Source: a virus. From it: a stretch of 64,000 bases of DNA. Positions 45,375 through 54,866 of the stretch are shown piece after piece (the first letter of the stretch is position 1; each line of letters begins with the position of its first letter). The notes under the pieces are model-generated. The model was not told the origin of the DNA and searched no databases. It saw nothing but the letters and a program-made list of their open reading frames with translations. The position numbers and the translations under genes were made by a program. The stretch is from positions 1 through 64,000 of IMG/VR virus record IMGVR_UViG_3300036820_000007, one strand, 5' to 3'.

Positions 45375-45848
45375 GTGACCGTCGTCCTGCTGCCGACCAA
45401 CGAACTCGTTGGCGTTTCCTGGTTGTCCTCGATCGTCGGCCTGGAAGTGGACGGGATCGCCACCCAGCTGCCCTCAGTGGAAGCCGGCTGGAAGAAGTAC
45501 GGCTTCGTTACCGTCGCCGTGGTCGGCGGCAGCCCGGAGAACAACACCTCCATCCGGCGGCCGGTCTACCAGATCGACTGCTGGGCCAATAACAAGAGCA
45601 GCGACAAGCCGCCGTGGTGGCGGGCCAACGTGCTCGCCGAGCAGATCCGGGCCGCGACATTCGACCGGCAGCATTCCCACCGGGGCTGCGCGATCGCCGC
45701 TGGCGGAGCGTCCTACCCCAACGTGATTGTCCTCGCGGCCACGATGATGACCGAGCCGCGGCGTGGTTACGGCGATCCAGCGGACTACGCGCGCTATCAA
45801 TTTGATCTTCAAATGTGGTGGACCCAGGTCCCCGAATATGACCCCTGA
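45375..45848 (+). CDS. tail terminator
   Basis: YQIDCWA, ARYQFDL; synteny. Confidence 0.7.
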   Translation: MTVVLLPTNELVGVSWLSSIVGLEVDGIATQLPSVEAGWKKYGFVTVAVVGGSPENNTSIRRPVYQIDCWANNKSSDKPPWWRANVLAEQIRAATFDRQHSHRGCAIAAGGASYPNVIVLAATMMTEPRRGYGDPADYARYQFDLQMWWTQVPEYDP

Positions 45849-45960
45849 CGGGCCGACCCGCCGGTAAGGGCGCGTGCCGGTTGCAACCCGGCTTAAAGGG
45901 TTTGACCAGCAGACAGGCCGGGTGGTCCCGCGCGCCGCCCGTTCACCGGGGAGGTGCTTC

Positions 45961-47118
45961 ATGGCACTTCCCGGTGACCTGAACACGGTCACGGTGACCG
46001 GGTCGTTCCTGGACGCCTCGGGTACGGCCCTGACCGGTAGCGTCACGTTCACGCCGGTCGCGGTCCTGGCGGCAGGGTCGCCTGCGGTGCCGGTGACGGT
46101 GACCGACTCGACCGGGCATGTGGTCATCGCCGCCGTGGGCGTGACCCGGCTGGTCGGGCCCATTCCGCCCGCTGTCGGCAGGGTGCCGCAGACGCCGCCG
46201 CTGACCTACCCGCCGTCGTGGCCGGCGCAGCCGCTGTCAGTGATCCTGGCGGCCACAGACAACGCTGACCTGTCCCCGCAGAACTGGGCCTACCAGGCGT
46301 CGGTGGTTATCGGCGATGCGCCCGTGGAAACCTTCACCACGCTGCTGCCGCACTCGCCGCCGACGATCGATTTCAGCGACCTGGTCCCGGCTACGCTGGC
46401 CGTGTCGCTGTCGGCGGCGCTGCCGATCACCGGCGGCGTCCTGTCCGGCACGCTCGAGCTCGGCGGCTCGCCACCGCTGCAGATCCCGGCCGGAGCCGCG
46501 GCGGGCGACGTCCTGGTCTCGGATGCTGACGGCAACGCGGCCTGGGACACGCTGAGCGCGGCTGGTCTTGCAACAACGACCGCGCTTGCGGCAGAGACAT
46601 CGCGGGCCGAAGCGGCAGAGGCTCTTAAGGCCCCGCTGGCGTCTCCCGCGCTGACCGGGGTGCCGACCGCTCCGACCGCATCGGCGCTAACCGACAGCAC
46701 GCAACTCGCCACAACCGCCTATGCGGACAGCGCGGTTGCCGTAGAAACCTCTCGGGCTGAGACCGCGGAAGCGCTCAAGGCCCCGCTGGCCAGCCCGGCG
46801 CTAACCGGGACTCCCACCGCGCCGACGAAGACCGCGCTGACGAATAACACCGACATCGCCACGACCGCGTACACCGACTCCGCCGTGGCCGTAGAGACCT
46901 CCCGGGCCGAGACTGCCGAGGCGCTGAAACTGCCCCTCGCGGGCGGCACGATGTCCGGCGCGATCGCCATGGGGTCCAGCAAGATCACGGGGCTGGCGGA
47001 TGGCAGCAACCCTCAGGACGCCGTGGCGTTCAGCCAGCTTCCCTCATCCGCCTCGCCGCTCCTGGTGAGCGAGGGCGGTACCGGGAGCAGCACCGGAATC
47101 GACGGCGGCAATGCCTAA
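45961..47118 (+). CDS. fibre protein with internal repeats
   Basis: Repeated ETSRAETAEALKAPLASPALTGxPTAPT. Confidence 0.7.
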   Translation: MALPGDLNTVTVTGSFLDASGTALTGSVTFTPVAVLAAGSPAVPVTVTDSTGHVVIAAVGVTRLVGPIPPAVGRVPQTPPLTYPPSWPAQPLSVILAATDNADLSPQNWAYQASVVIGDAPVETFTTLLPHSPPTIDFSDLVPATLAVSLSAALPITGGVLSGTLELGGSPPLQIPAGAAAGDVLVSDADGNAAWDTLSAAGLATTTALAAETSRAEAAEALKAPLASPALTGVPTAPTASALTDSTQLATTAYADSAVAVETSRAETAEALKAPLASPALTGTPTAPTKTALTNNTDIATTAYTDSAVAVETSRAETAEALKLPLAGGTMSGAIAMGSSKITGLADGSNPQDAVAFSQLPSSASPLLVSEGGTGSSTGIDGGNA

Positions 47119-47127
47119 GGCGGCGGC

Positions 47128-47493
47128 GTGACCTACAACTACGTGACTGTCACCGGGTCGTTCCCCGGCCAGACGGGCACCATCACGTTCACCCCGTCGT
47201 CGGCGGTCACTGACCTGACCGGCACGATCCCCGTTCTCGGCCCGGGCTCGTTCGCCTGCCCTCTCCCCGGTGGCTCGCTCACGTCCCCGCCTCTGCTGGC
47301 CACCGACAATCCGAGCCTGCTGCCCGCTGGGTGGACCTGGGAAGTCCGGGTTCAGCTGCAGGGCAGCACCCCCTACGGCTACCCGATCCTCGTCCCGTCC
47401 TCGCCCTCCTCGGCGAGCCTGATCACGCTGCCGGTTTCCCCGGGCACGGCGGTCACGGCGGAGACCGGCTCGATCGACGGGGGGAACGCCTGA
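47128..47493 (+). CDS. fibre-associated protein, paralogue of the upstream N-terminal domain
   Basis: Shared VTVTGSF, LATDN and C-terminal IDGGNA. Confidence 0.65.
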   Translation: MTYNYVTVTGSFPGQTGTITFTPSSAVTDLTGTIPVLGPGSFACPLPGGSLTSPPLLATDNPSLLPAGWTWEVRVQLQGSTPYGYPILVPSSPSSASLITLPVSPGTAVTAETGSIDGGNA

Positions 47494-49596
47494 ATGGCTG
47501 TCACGATTCAGGTCCGCCGGGATACGTCAGCCAACTGGGTGTCGGTCAACCCCGTCCTGCACCAGGGCGAGCCAGGCGTCGAAACCGACACCGGCAGATT
47601 CAAGTACGGCGACGGATCGACTACCTGGACATCGCTCGGGTACGCGGCACAGCAGCTCACTCCCACCACGCAGGCCGCGACCTACACCGCCAGCCCAGGT
47701 GACTACGTCAAGGCGAACATCTCGTCAGCCTCCTGGACGATGAAGCTGCCGCAGGCCCCGCCGCCGAACACCATCGTCGGCGCCAAGGTCATCGCCAACG
47801 CTACCGGGAACGCGAATACCCTCACCGTCGCCTGCCAGGGCAGCGACGTCTTCGAGCAGTCCGGCGGCGGCACCTCGGTCACGATGTCGATTCCGCTGCA
47901 GGCTGCGGGCTGGCAGTACAACGGCGGGTACTGGACGCGCCTGTCCGATGACCTGCCGCTCGGCCAGCTGGACGGGCGCTACACCCGCGTCTATTCGCCC
48001 ATGGCGTTCGGCGCGGCCGGGAACGGGACGACGGACGACACGAACGCGGCCAAGGCGGCGTTCACCGCCGCCACCAGCTCGGGCGGCGGCGGCACTGTCG
48101 ATCTCGGCAATTACAACTTTCTGACCTCCTCGCCCATTGACCTCCAGTCGAACGTGATGGTCCGCGGGTCGGTGCCGCTCGCTGCGCCTGGCGTCAGCGC
48201 AGGGCAGCTCGGGGCGATCATCAACAACACCGGCGACATCTTCCAGATGCCGTCTGGCGCCGTGAGCCACGTCGTCTTCGGGAACTGCGCCCTGGTCGCC
48301 TCGGCCGGGCACGTCTTCAACGCCCAGGGTGTGGCATGTTCCAGCTGGAACATCACCAACGTCTACATCAGCCAGACCAGCAACTCCCATGCGATCTGGT
48401 ATCAGCCGAACTCGACAAACGTGGACAGCCAGGCGTACTCGAACATGCTGGTCGGCGACGGCTGCTACTTCCTGGCCATGGGCGGCACTGCCACCATCCC
48501 GGCCTGGCAGGTAGTCACGCTGGACAACATCAACTCCAACACCTGGCGCCGCATGGTCGTCTCCATGGGGAACTCGGAAGCCGAGCCGTTCTTCTACCTG
48601 GAAAACATCGGCACCAACGGCAGCCAGCTGGCCTCCGACGACGTCTTCGAGGACATCACGGCCGAGGAGTGCCAGGGCGGCATCCTGCAGGCCCTGTCGG
48701 TTGACGCGATGACGCTGCGCAACGTCCAGGGCTGGGACGCCGCTTATTACAAGAGCCTCTTCATCATCGGCACGAGCACGACCGGCCTGCAGTCTTCCAA
48801 CGGCATCGTGGCCATCAACTGCGGGCGCCGCGGCGGCACCCTGGAGGGCGCTTATGACTTCCAGGCGTCCTCGGACACGCTGAACCTGGTGCTGATCAAC
48901 TGCATCCCGCAACTGGGCCAGGACGAGACCCCGAGCCTGTCGGTGCCGCAGTCCACGACCATCATTCCCGCGCAGGCATACACCCCGGCGGCCTACGAGA
49001 ACTCGGCCGCCGGGGGCACCAGCGGCACGACGGTGACGACGAGCAACTCGGGGAGCGCTTCCGGCAAGGCATGGAGCGCCGTCGGCGGGACGGTCACGTT
49101 CGACAACAGCGAGATCCTGGCCGCTGGCTCGTCCACCCTGGCCTACAAGCTCGTCGGCTCGGCATCGACGGCCTACCTTGAGTGGTCGGTGCCCAACACC
49201 GTCTTCCCTGCGCCAGTCCAGTACTCGCGGGTGTACTTCTACCTGTCCGGCACCGGCTTCAGCTGCGACCTCCTGACTGGCCCTGGCCTTAACTACCGCG
49301 TGACGTACAGCTCGGGCGCCACCCTTTACGCGGACGCCGGAGGCTCCGCGTCCCTTGGCATCACCACCCTCGCGGCCACTACGTGGTATCGGCTCGAGAC
49401 CGCGGTCAACCAGGCAGCCGGGACGATCACGGCCCGGCTTTTCAACGTCAACGGTGTGCGGCTGGAGACCATGACCGCCACGGGCGGCACGTACCTGTCC
49501 AACGCCACCGCGTACTACGGCTCACAGGACAATTTCACCGGCACCGTATGGCTGGCCTACCCGGCATGGTCCAACGCGGGCTGGATCGGGCCCTAG
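47494..49596 (+). CDS. tail spike / depolymerase-like protein
   Basis: IQVRRDTSANW...GEPG...FKYGDG N-terminus; pectate-lyase-like FGAAGNGTTDDT beta-helix entry. Confidence 0.75.
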   Translation: MAVTIQVRRDTSANWVSVNPVLHQGEPGVETDTGRFKYGDGSTTWTSLGYAAQQLTPTTQAATYTASPGDYVKANISSASWTMKLPQAPPPNTIVGAKVIANATGNANTLTVACQGSDVFEQSGGGTSVTMSIPLQAAGWQYNGGYWTRLSDDLPLGQLDGRYTRVYSPMAFGAAGNGTTDDTNAAKAAFTAATSSGGGGTVDLGNYNFLTSSPIDLQSNVMVRGSVPLAAPGVSAGQLGAIINNTGDIFQMPSGAVSHVVFGNCALVASAGHVFNAQGVACSSWNITNVYISQTSNSHAIWYQPNSTNVDSQAYSNMLVGDGCYFLAMGGTATIPAWQVVTLDNINSNTWRRMVVSMGNSEAEPFFYLENIGTNGSQLASDDVFEDITAEECQGGILQALSVDAMTLRNVQGWDAAYYKSLFIIGTSTTGLQSSNGIVAINCGRRGGTLEGAYDFQASSDTLNLVLINCIPQLGQDETPSLSVPQSTTIIPAQAYTPAAYENSAAGGTSGTTVTTSNSGSASGKAWSAVGGTVTFDNSEILAAGSSTLAYKLVGSASTAYLEWSVPNTVFPAPVQYSRVYFYLSGTGFSCDLLTGPGLNYRVTYSSGATLYADAGGSASLGITTLAATTWYRLETAVNQAAGTITARLFNVNGVRLETMTATGGTYLSNATAYYGSQDNFTGTVWLAYPAWSNAGWIGP

Positions 49597-49605
49597 CGCC
49601 TGGCT

Positions 49606-50094
49606 GTGAGCAACCTCACGTCCGCGGGCGCAGCGGCCACCGGAACGCCGCACGCGGTGAACCAGGGCGGCACCATCCAGAACGCCACCTCGGACCTGCG
49701 GGCTCCGGGCTGTCGAACGCCTACCTGGGGCTGTACAGCGTCGGGTCCACCTGCAGCCTGCTGGCGCAGTGCACCACCGACCAGAGCACGAACATGACCA
49801 CCGGGAGCGGCGGCGTCTACTCGGCCACCCTGAGTTCCTCCTGCGGGCTGGCTGCGAACACCCTGTACCGCGTCGGGCTGGTCCTCGGCACGGTGTCCAC
49901 GACGTTCCCCACCTTCCAGTCGTTCGGCACCGCCTCGGGCGGCCTGTACACCCAACTGGTCCTCGGTTGCCGGGATCACCCAGGAGTATTACGCCGGCGG
50001 GTACATCTCCGGGACGAACACGTCACTGCCGTCGTCGTTCTCGTCCAGCAGCATGTCGGCTTACCCCGGCTCCCCGGTGTTCGTGATCTCCTGA
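49606..50094 (+). pseudogene. frameshifted remnant of a fibre/spike gene
   Basis: Ser/Thr/Gly-rich coding signal changes frame near 49700 and 49970. Confidence 0.5.
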
Positions 50095-50144
50095 CCAGCG
50101 TGAATCACCTGCCGTCATCAAAGAGCGCCCGTAGTATCCACGGC

Positions 50145-51683
50145 ATGACGCGCCAACCCGCTCTGCCCGTGCGCCCAGTTGCTGCCGCGGTACTCGCCGC
50201 TGCCGCTGCCGTCCTGCTCGCAGTTGCGCTGTCAGCCCCTCTGCCCGCTCAGGCTGCGGACTGGGGGGCGGTGGCGCTCGCGGCATGGTGCGGGGCGCTC
50301 CTGGCGGCATGCGCGGCGCTCAGCCACCGCAGCGGCGCCGGCCTGGCGCAGTGGAAACTTGGCTGCTGGTTCCTGCTGTGGTGCGCCCTGACGAGCGGCA
50401 TTACGACCCTCACGCCGCTGACCGGGCTGGCGGCGCAGATCGGGCCGTCCAGCATCACCCGCGCCGAGTGGCTGACCGCCGTGGCAGCAGCAGCGATGGC
50501 GGCAGGCTACTGCGCCGTGCCCCGCCGGGGCGCCGTCGCGAAGGGTGGCCAGTTCATGCGGCGCATGGGTACCCGGCGCCCCGGCGTCATCGCCGGCCCG
50601 CTGGCCCCGTGGCTGCTGTACGGTGCCGGGACCACGGCGAGGCTGGCTGCCGCCGTGCTGACCGGGCGCCTCGGTGACGCCGGCGACCCCGCCACGGCTG
50701 TCGTGTCCGCGGCCTGGTACCAGCAGGCCCTCGCCGACGCCGCTTACGCCTGCCCGCTCGCCGTCGCCGTCGCCGGGTTACGCGCGTTCCGCCAGCAGGC
50801 ACCCGGCGCGAAGGCCGCACTCGCCGTCCTGCTCGCCGCCGAATGCGCGTTCTCCGCCGTGTCCGGCTCCAAGGGCGGCATCGTCACCGCCGCGGTGGCC
50901 GTAGCTATCTCCTATGCTTCAGCGGGCCGCAGGATGCCAGCGAGGCTCGTCCTTGGCGCAGTGGCGTTCTTCCTGGTCATCGTGATTCCGTTCACCGCCG
51001 CCTACCGTTCCGGGATCCATGGCGGCACGGCAGCCGCGGACGGGCAGCCTGCCGTGTCCCTCAGCCCGGCGCAGGCGGCCGCGCAGGCGCCCGCCATCGC
51101 CGGGAACGCACTCGCGGCAGCATCGCTGTCCACCCTCGGCGCGTCGGCAGGCTACCTCGGGCAGCGGCTCCAGGAGATCGACGCCCCCGCGATCGTCGTT
51201 CAGGAAACCCCGTCCCAGATCCCTTACACCAGCGCCGCCCAGCTGCCCGAAGCCCTCGCCGCCGACGTCATCCCCCGCGCCCTGTGGCCCGGCAAGCCCA
51301 TCATCGACCCGGGGTACCAGTTCACCGTCGCCTACTACGGCGACGACCACCTCACCTACTCGGCGATCACGCCGCAGGCCGACCTGTGGCGCTACGGCGG
51401 CTGGGTTCCCGTCATCGCCGGCATGGCGCTGCTCGGATGGCTGATGCGCGTCCTGGACGACGTGCTCGACATCCGGCGTTATCCGCAGGCCGCACTGCTG
51501 GTGCTCCTGCTGTGGCCCATGCTGGCCGCACCGGAGGGGCCGTTCACTACCACACTGGCCGTACTGCCTGGCCTGGTGCTGACATGGCTCGTGGCCTGCG
51601 CCGCAGTGTTCCGCCGGGCACCCGTCTTCACGGCCCGCCTCGCAGGAGCAGCAGCCACAGAGAACCTGCAGCCCACGCCGTAA
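50145..51683 (+). CDS. polytopic membrane protein, O-antigen polymerase (Wzy)-like
   Basis: About 10 hydrophobic segments; SGSKG, IPRALWPGKP, DLWRYGG; TAGTAT 7 nt before ATG. Confidence 0.6.
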   Translation: MTRQPALPVRPVAAAVLAAAAAVLLAVALSAPLPAQAADWGAVALAAWCGALLAACAALSHRSGAGLAQWKLGCWFLLWCALTSGITTLTPLTGLAAQIGPSSITRAEWLTAVAAAAMAAGYCAVPRRGAVAKGGQFMRRMGTRRPGVIAGPLAPWLLYGAGTTARLAAAVLTGRLGDAGDPATAVVSAAWYQQALADAAYACPLAVAVAGLRAFRQQAPGAKAALAVLLAAECAFSAVSGSKGGIVTAAVAVAISYASAGRRMPARLVLGAVAFFLVIVIPFTAAYRSGIHGGTAAADGQPAVSLSPAQAAAQAPAIAGNALAAASLSTLGASAGYLGQRLQEIDAPAIVVQETPSQIPYTSAAQLPEALAADVIPRALWPGKPIIDPGYQFTVAYYGDDHLTYSAITPQADLWRYGGWVPVIAGMALLGWLMRVLDDVLDIRRYPQAALLVLLLWPMLAAPEGPFTTTLAVLPGLVLTWLVACAAVFRRAPVFTARLAGAAATENLQPTP

Positions 51684-51926
51684 GGGCGCCCCAGAACAGC
51701 ATCACCCACACGCATAAGCGGCTGCGGCCCTGACCCTCTAACCGCTCAGCCCACGCCACTGGCAGGCCTCCCTGTAAGCGCATGCCCGCTGACGCTACCG
51801 GTCACCACTCCGTCACGTCCGGTGACCACTGCAACACGGCCCCTCTGGAGAAAGACGCGAACCCTGGCGGGGCCCCTGGCTTCGTGGTCAGGTTCCCTGA
51901 GCGCGCCCTGTAGCAGCGTCCTTCCG

Positions 51927-51956
51927 GCCCGCCTCGCGCGGGCTTTTTTCTTGCCC
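51927..51956 (+). terminator. intrinsic terminator
   Basis: GCCCGC/GCGGGC stem plus T6. Confidence 0.65.
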
Positions 51957-51973
51957 CAGCCACAGGAGGTCGC

Positions 51974-52237
51974 ATGCCCACGGTGCACACCGTCTTCGGT
52001 GACCAGGAAGTCCCCGAGGGCGAGGCGGCCGCGCTGAAAGCGCAGGGCCTGGCCCTTGATGCCGCACCCGCGTCCGAGCCACCGCCGGAGGACGTCGAGG
52101 TGCTCACCGTCTTCAGCGAGCTCCCCATGAAGATGCCAGCCGCTGAGGCGAAGGCCCTCGACGCCCAGGGACTCCTCGTGCACGACGACCCGCCAGCCAA
52201 GTCACGCCGGGACGCCGGCAAGAAGGAGCAGGAGTAA
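51974..52237 (+). CDS. small protein with duplicated TVF...AQGL motif
   Basis: AGGAGG RBS. Confidence 0.65.
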   Translation: MPTVHTVFGDQEVPEGEAAALKAQGLALDAAPASEPPPEDVEVLTVFSELPMKMPAAEAKALDAQGLLVHDDPPAKSRRDAGKKEQE

Positions 52238-52855
52238 ATGGCCGCCCAGACGCTGACCTCGACGACGCTGGCCACCGACGGGACGGGTACCAACCTGACG
52301 GCCCTGCTGGCCGCTCCCACCGCCACGGCGGTGAGCTTCCAGAACACCCTGAACACCATCCTGGTCGTTTCCGCAGGTGCGGCGATCACCACCACCGTCG
52401 CCTCTGGCTCCACCACCGGGGAGATCAGCACCATCGCGTCCTGGTCGTTCCCGTCGGCGGGCGTCCTGGACGTGGCCAGCAGTGCCAGCTTCCCGGCCTC
52501 AGGCACTGTGATCGTCACGACGTCCACCACTCCGGCCACGGTCACCTATACCGGGACGGGCTCGGGGACGCTGACCGGCTGCGCATACGTCAGCGGCTCG
52601 GCCGCCGGGACCGTGACCACGACGACATCCACGGTCACCCTGGTGTCGGAAACGGTGACCGTGAACATCGAGGCCTTGATCGAGGGGCAGAGCGTGACGG
52701 CTTTCCCAGCGGTCACGCTCACCGCGTCAGATGTCTACACCTTCGGTCCGTTCCACTCCGTCCTGGATGCCCCCGGCGGGAACACCATGCAGGTCTCCTT
52801 GTCGTCGATCTCGAACGTCACGCTCGGGCTGATCACCATCCCCGGTGTCTATTAA
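52238..52855 (+). CDS. putative tail decoration protein (long paralogue)
   Basis: Paralogue of the next gene with an internal insert. Confidence 0.6.
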   Translation: MAAQTLTSTTLATDGTGTNLTALLAAPTATAVSFQNTLNTILVVSAGAAITTTVASGSTTGEISTIASWSFPSAGVLDVASSASFPASGTVIVTTSTTPATVTYTGTGSGTLTGCAYVSGSAAGTVTTTTSTVTLVSETVTVNIEALIEGQSVTAFPAVTLTASDVYTFGPFHSVLDAPGGNTMQVSLSSISNVTLGLITIPGVY

Positions 52856-52874
52856 CCCGGCTCATTTCGCACTG

Positions 52875-52902
52875 GCCCGTAAAGCGGGCTTTTTTCTTGC
52901 CC
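52875..52902 (+). terminator. intrinsic terminator
   Basis: GCCCGT/GCGGGC stem plus T6. Confidence 0.6.
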
Positions 52903-52924
52903 GGACCACGAAGGAGCTGGCCCC

Positions 52925-53284
52925 ATGACCGCTGCCCAGACGCTGACCGCTACGGCGCTCGCGACCGATGGCACTGGCACCAACCTCACCGCCCTGCTCT
53001 CGGCCCCGACGAGCACGACGCTGAGCTTCCAGAACACTTTGAACACGGTGCTGCTGGTCCAGCCGGCCGCCTCGGCGGAGACGGTAACGGTGAACATCGA
53101 GGCCCTGATCGAGGGTCAGTCGGTGTCGAGCTTTCCGGCCGAGACGCTGACCAGCACGGACCTGTACAGCTTCGGCCCGTTCCACTCGGTGCTCGACGCC
53201 CCCGGCGGCAACACGATGCAGGTCACGCTGTCGACGACCACGAACATCACCGTCGGCCTGGTCACGATTCCCGGCGTCTACTAA
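52925..53284 (+). CDS. putative tail decoration protein (short paralogue)
   Basis: Shares LATDGTGTNLTALL, FGPFHSVLDAPGGNTMQV, IPGVY. Confidence 0.6.
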   Translation: MTAAQTLTATALATDGTGTNLTALLSAPTSTTLSFQNTLNTVLLVQPAASAETVTVNIEALIEGQSVSSFPAETLTSTDLYSFGPFHSVLDAPGGNTMQVTLSTTTNITVGLVTIPGVY

Positions 53285-53299
53285 ACCCCTTTGGCCTTG

Positions 53300-53327
53300 G
53301 CCCGCGCTGCGGGCTTTTTTCATGCCC
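53300..53327 (+). terminator. intrinsic terminator
   Basis: GCCCGC/GCGGGC stem plus T6. Confidence 0.6.
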
Positions 53328-53349
53328 GTAAACGGACATTAGATAGGAG

Positions 53350-53940
53350 ATGGTTAAAATCGCCATCACTCCCTTCAATATATGCCAAGGCCCCGCAACC
53401 CTCTATTGGGGCGCATTTGGGACAACTGAGCCACTGGACTCGGCTGTCACCTCAACGCCCGGCGCGGGATGGACTGACGTCGGCGGCACCGCGGACGACA
53501 CGCCCGTGGTGCTCGAGGTGGACCTGACCTACACGGACCAGGCTGTGGACCAGCTGGTCGACCCGGTGGGCGGCCGCCTCACCAAGCGCATGGTTCAGAT
53601 CACTGCGTCCATGGAAGAGGCGACGCTCAACAACCTGACGGTGGCCACCAACCAGCTGACGTCGCAGACCACTCAGGCGACCTATTCGACGCTGGATCCG
53701 CTGACCACGTCGTCCGCCACGCAGCCGTCGTATACGGCCTTCATCATCGACGGCTGGGCGCCCACGCTGAACACGGGCGCGGCGGCCAAGCGGCGCATCA
53801 TCGTGCGCAAGTGCCTGACCTCCAGCAAGATCGCGCTGTCGTACGAAAAGAGCAAGCCTGTCCTTTTTGCGACAACTTGGACCGCCTATTATGTTTCGGC
53901 CAGTATACCACTGTATCACATAATTGACGCCACTGCGTAG
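53350..53940 (+). CDS. major tail protein
   Basis: GPATLYWGAFG, WTDVGGT, EATLNNL; directly upstream of the chaperones. Confidence 0.8.
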   Translation: MVKIAITPFNICQGPATLYWGAFGTTEPLDSAVTSTPGAGWTDVGGTADDTPVVLEVDLTYTDQAVDQLVDPVGGRLTKRMVQITASMEEATLNNLTVATNQLTSQTTQATYSTLDPLTTSSATQPSYTAFIIDGWAPTLNTGAAAKRRIIVRKCLTSSKIALSYEKSKPVLFATTWTAYYVSASIPLYHIIDATA

Positions 53941-54081
53941 GTATGTCCGTTTTTGACATCCACGCTTCTCTTCCTGCTCTATCCACCGCCTGCCGCAGCC
54001 TACGCCGCTGCGGCAGGCGTTCTGCTTACCGCCGTTCTCGCCGAGCTGCTTTCCGGGGCCTGGCGATCTGAGAGGAACCCC

Positions 54082-54495
54082 ATGACCGCCGAAGTGCGCG
54101 CTATGCCGCGCCCCGGTCCAGAGGAAGAGCCGGCCGACGCGCCGCAGATCCTGCGGCTGAAGACCGCCCCGAAAGGGGCCAAGCGCAAGCGCGAGACCCT
54201 CTTCTACATCGACGACGTTGAGTACAGCGTCGAAGTCCACCCCTCGCCGGCGCGATCGCTGAAGTACCTGAAGCTGATGCGCGACGAAGGCGCTGACATC
54301 GCCACCCAGTACATGCTCGAGAACTTGCTCGGCACCGAGGGCTACCAGGCGCTCATGGAGTACGAGGACCTGACCGACGAGCAGTTCGAGCAGGTGGTCA
54401 CCGCCGCCAGCAAGATCATGCTGGGATCGTTCGAAGGCCCAAAAGAGCAGCAGAAGAGGCCGCAGCGCCGGTCGCGTGGGTCCTCTCGTACCTAG
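54082..54495 (+). CDS. tail assembly chaperone (G)
   Basis: Position before tape measure; slippery GGC CCA AAA near the end. Confidence 0.8.
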   Translation: MTAEVRAMPRPGPEEEPADAPQILRLKTAPKGAKRKRETLFYIDDVEYSVEVHPSPARSLKYLKLMRDEGADIATQYMLENLLGTEGYQALMEYEDLTDEQFEQVVTAASKIMLGSFEGPKEQQKRPQRRSRGSSRT

Positions 54496-54860
54496 ACGAC
54501 GTCTGCTCAGACCTGAGCGTCTTCCACGGCATCCGTGACGCAGGCGAAGAACTCGACGGGCCCACCTTTTTTGCCCTGGCCATCCGGCTGCCCGCCTATC
54601 AGGGGGCCATGGCCGCCCGGCTGGCGAACGAAATCGCCGAAGAAGAGCAGGCAAGCCCATCCGTGCGCGCGGCCGTGCCGAGGTCTTCGCCGGGCGCGCC
54701 CAGCGGCAGCGGGGGAGACGCGGCCGCCCGGTTCCGGGCCCAGGCGAGCGCGCCCATCGCCACTGCGGCAGAACTCGCGTCCATGTCCGCGCCGGTGGGC
54801 AGTATGCCGGCCCTCGGGGACGTAGTTCAGGTGAAGGCGCCCGGGGCCGGCTCCCCGTAA
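54438..54860 (+). CDS. tail assembly chaperone -1 frameshift extension (GT)
   Basis: -1 frame from CCCAAAA (54438-54444) reads ...WVLSYLDDVCSDLSVFHGI...LPAYQGAMAARL to the stop at 54860. Confidence 0.8.
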   Translation, partial: PKRAAEEAAAPVAWVLSYLDDVCSDLSVFHGIRDAGEELDGPTFFALAIRLPAYQGAMAARLANEIAEEEQASPSVRAAVPRSSPGAPSGSGGDAAARFRAQASAPIATAAELASMSAPVGSMPALGDVVQVKAPGAGSP

Positions 54861-54866
54861 GAGGGG

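Noticed and set aside
49383-51683. 766-aa ORF as a single gene
   Set aside because: 5' part is an off-frame overlap plus a fibre remnant; the membrane protein more plausibly starts at ATG 50145
53953-54081. Hydrophobic N-terminal extension of the tail chaperone
   Set aside because: RBS GAGAGGA supports the ATG at 54082 instead
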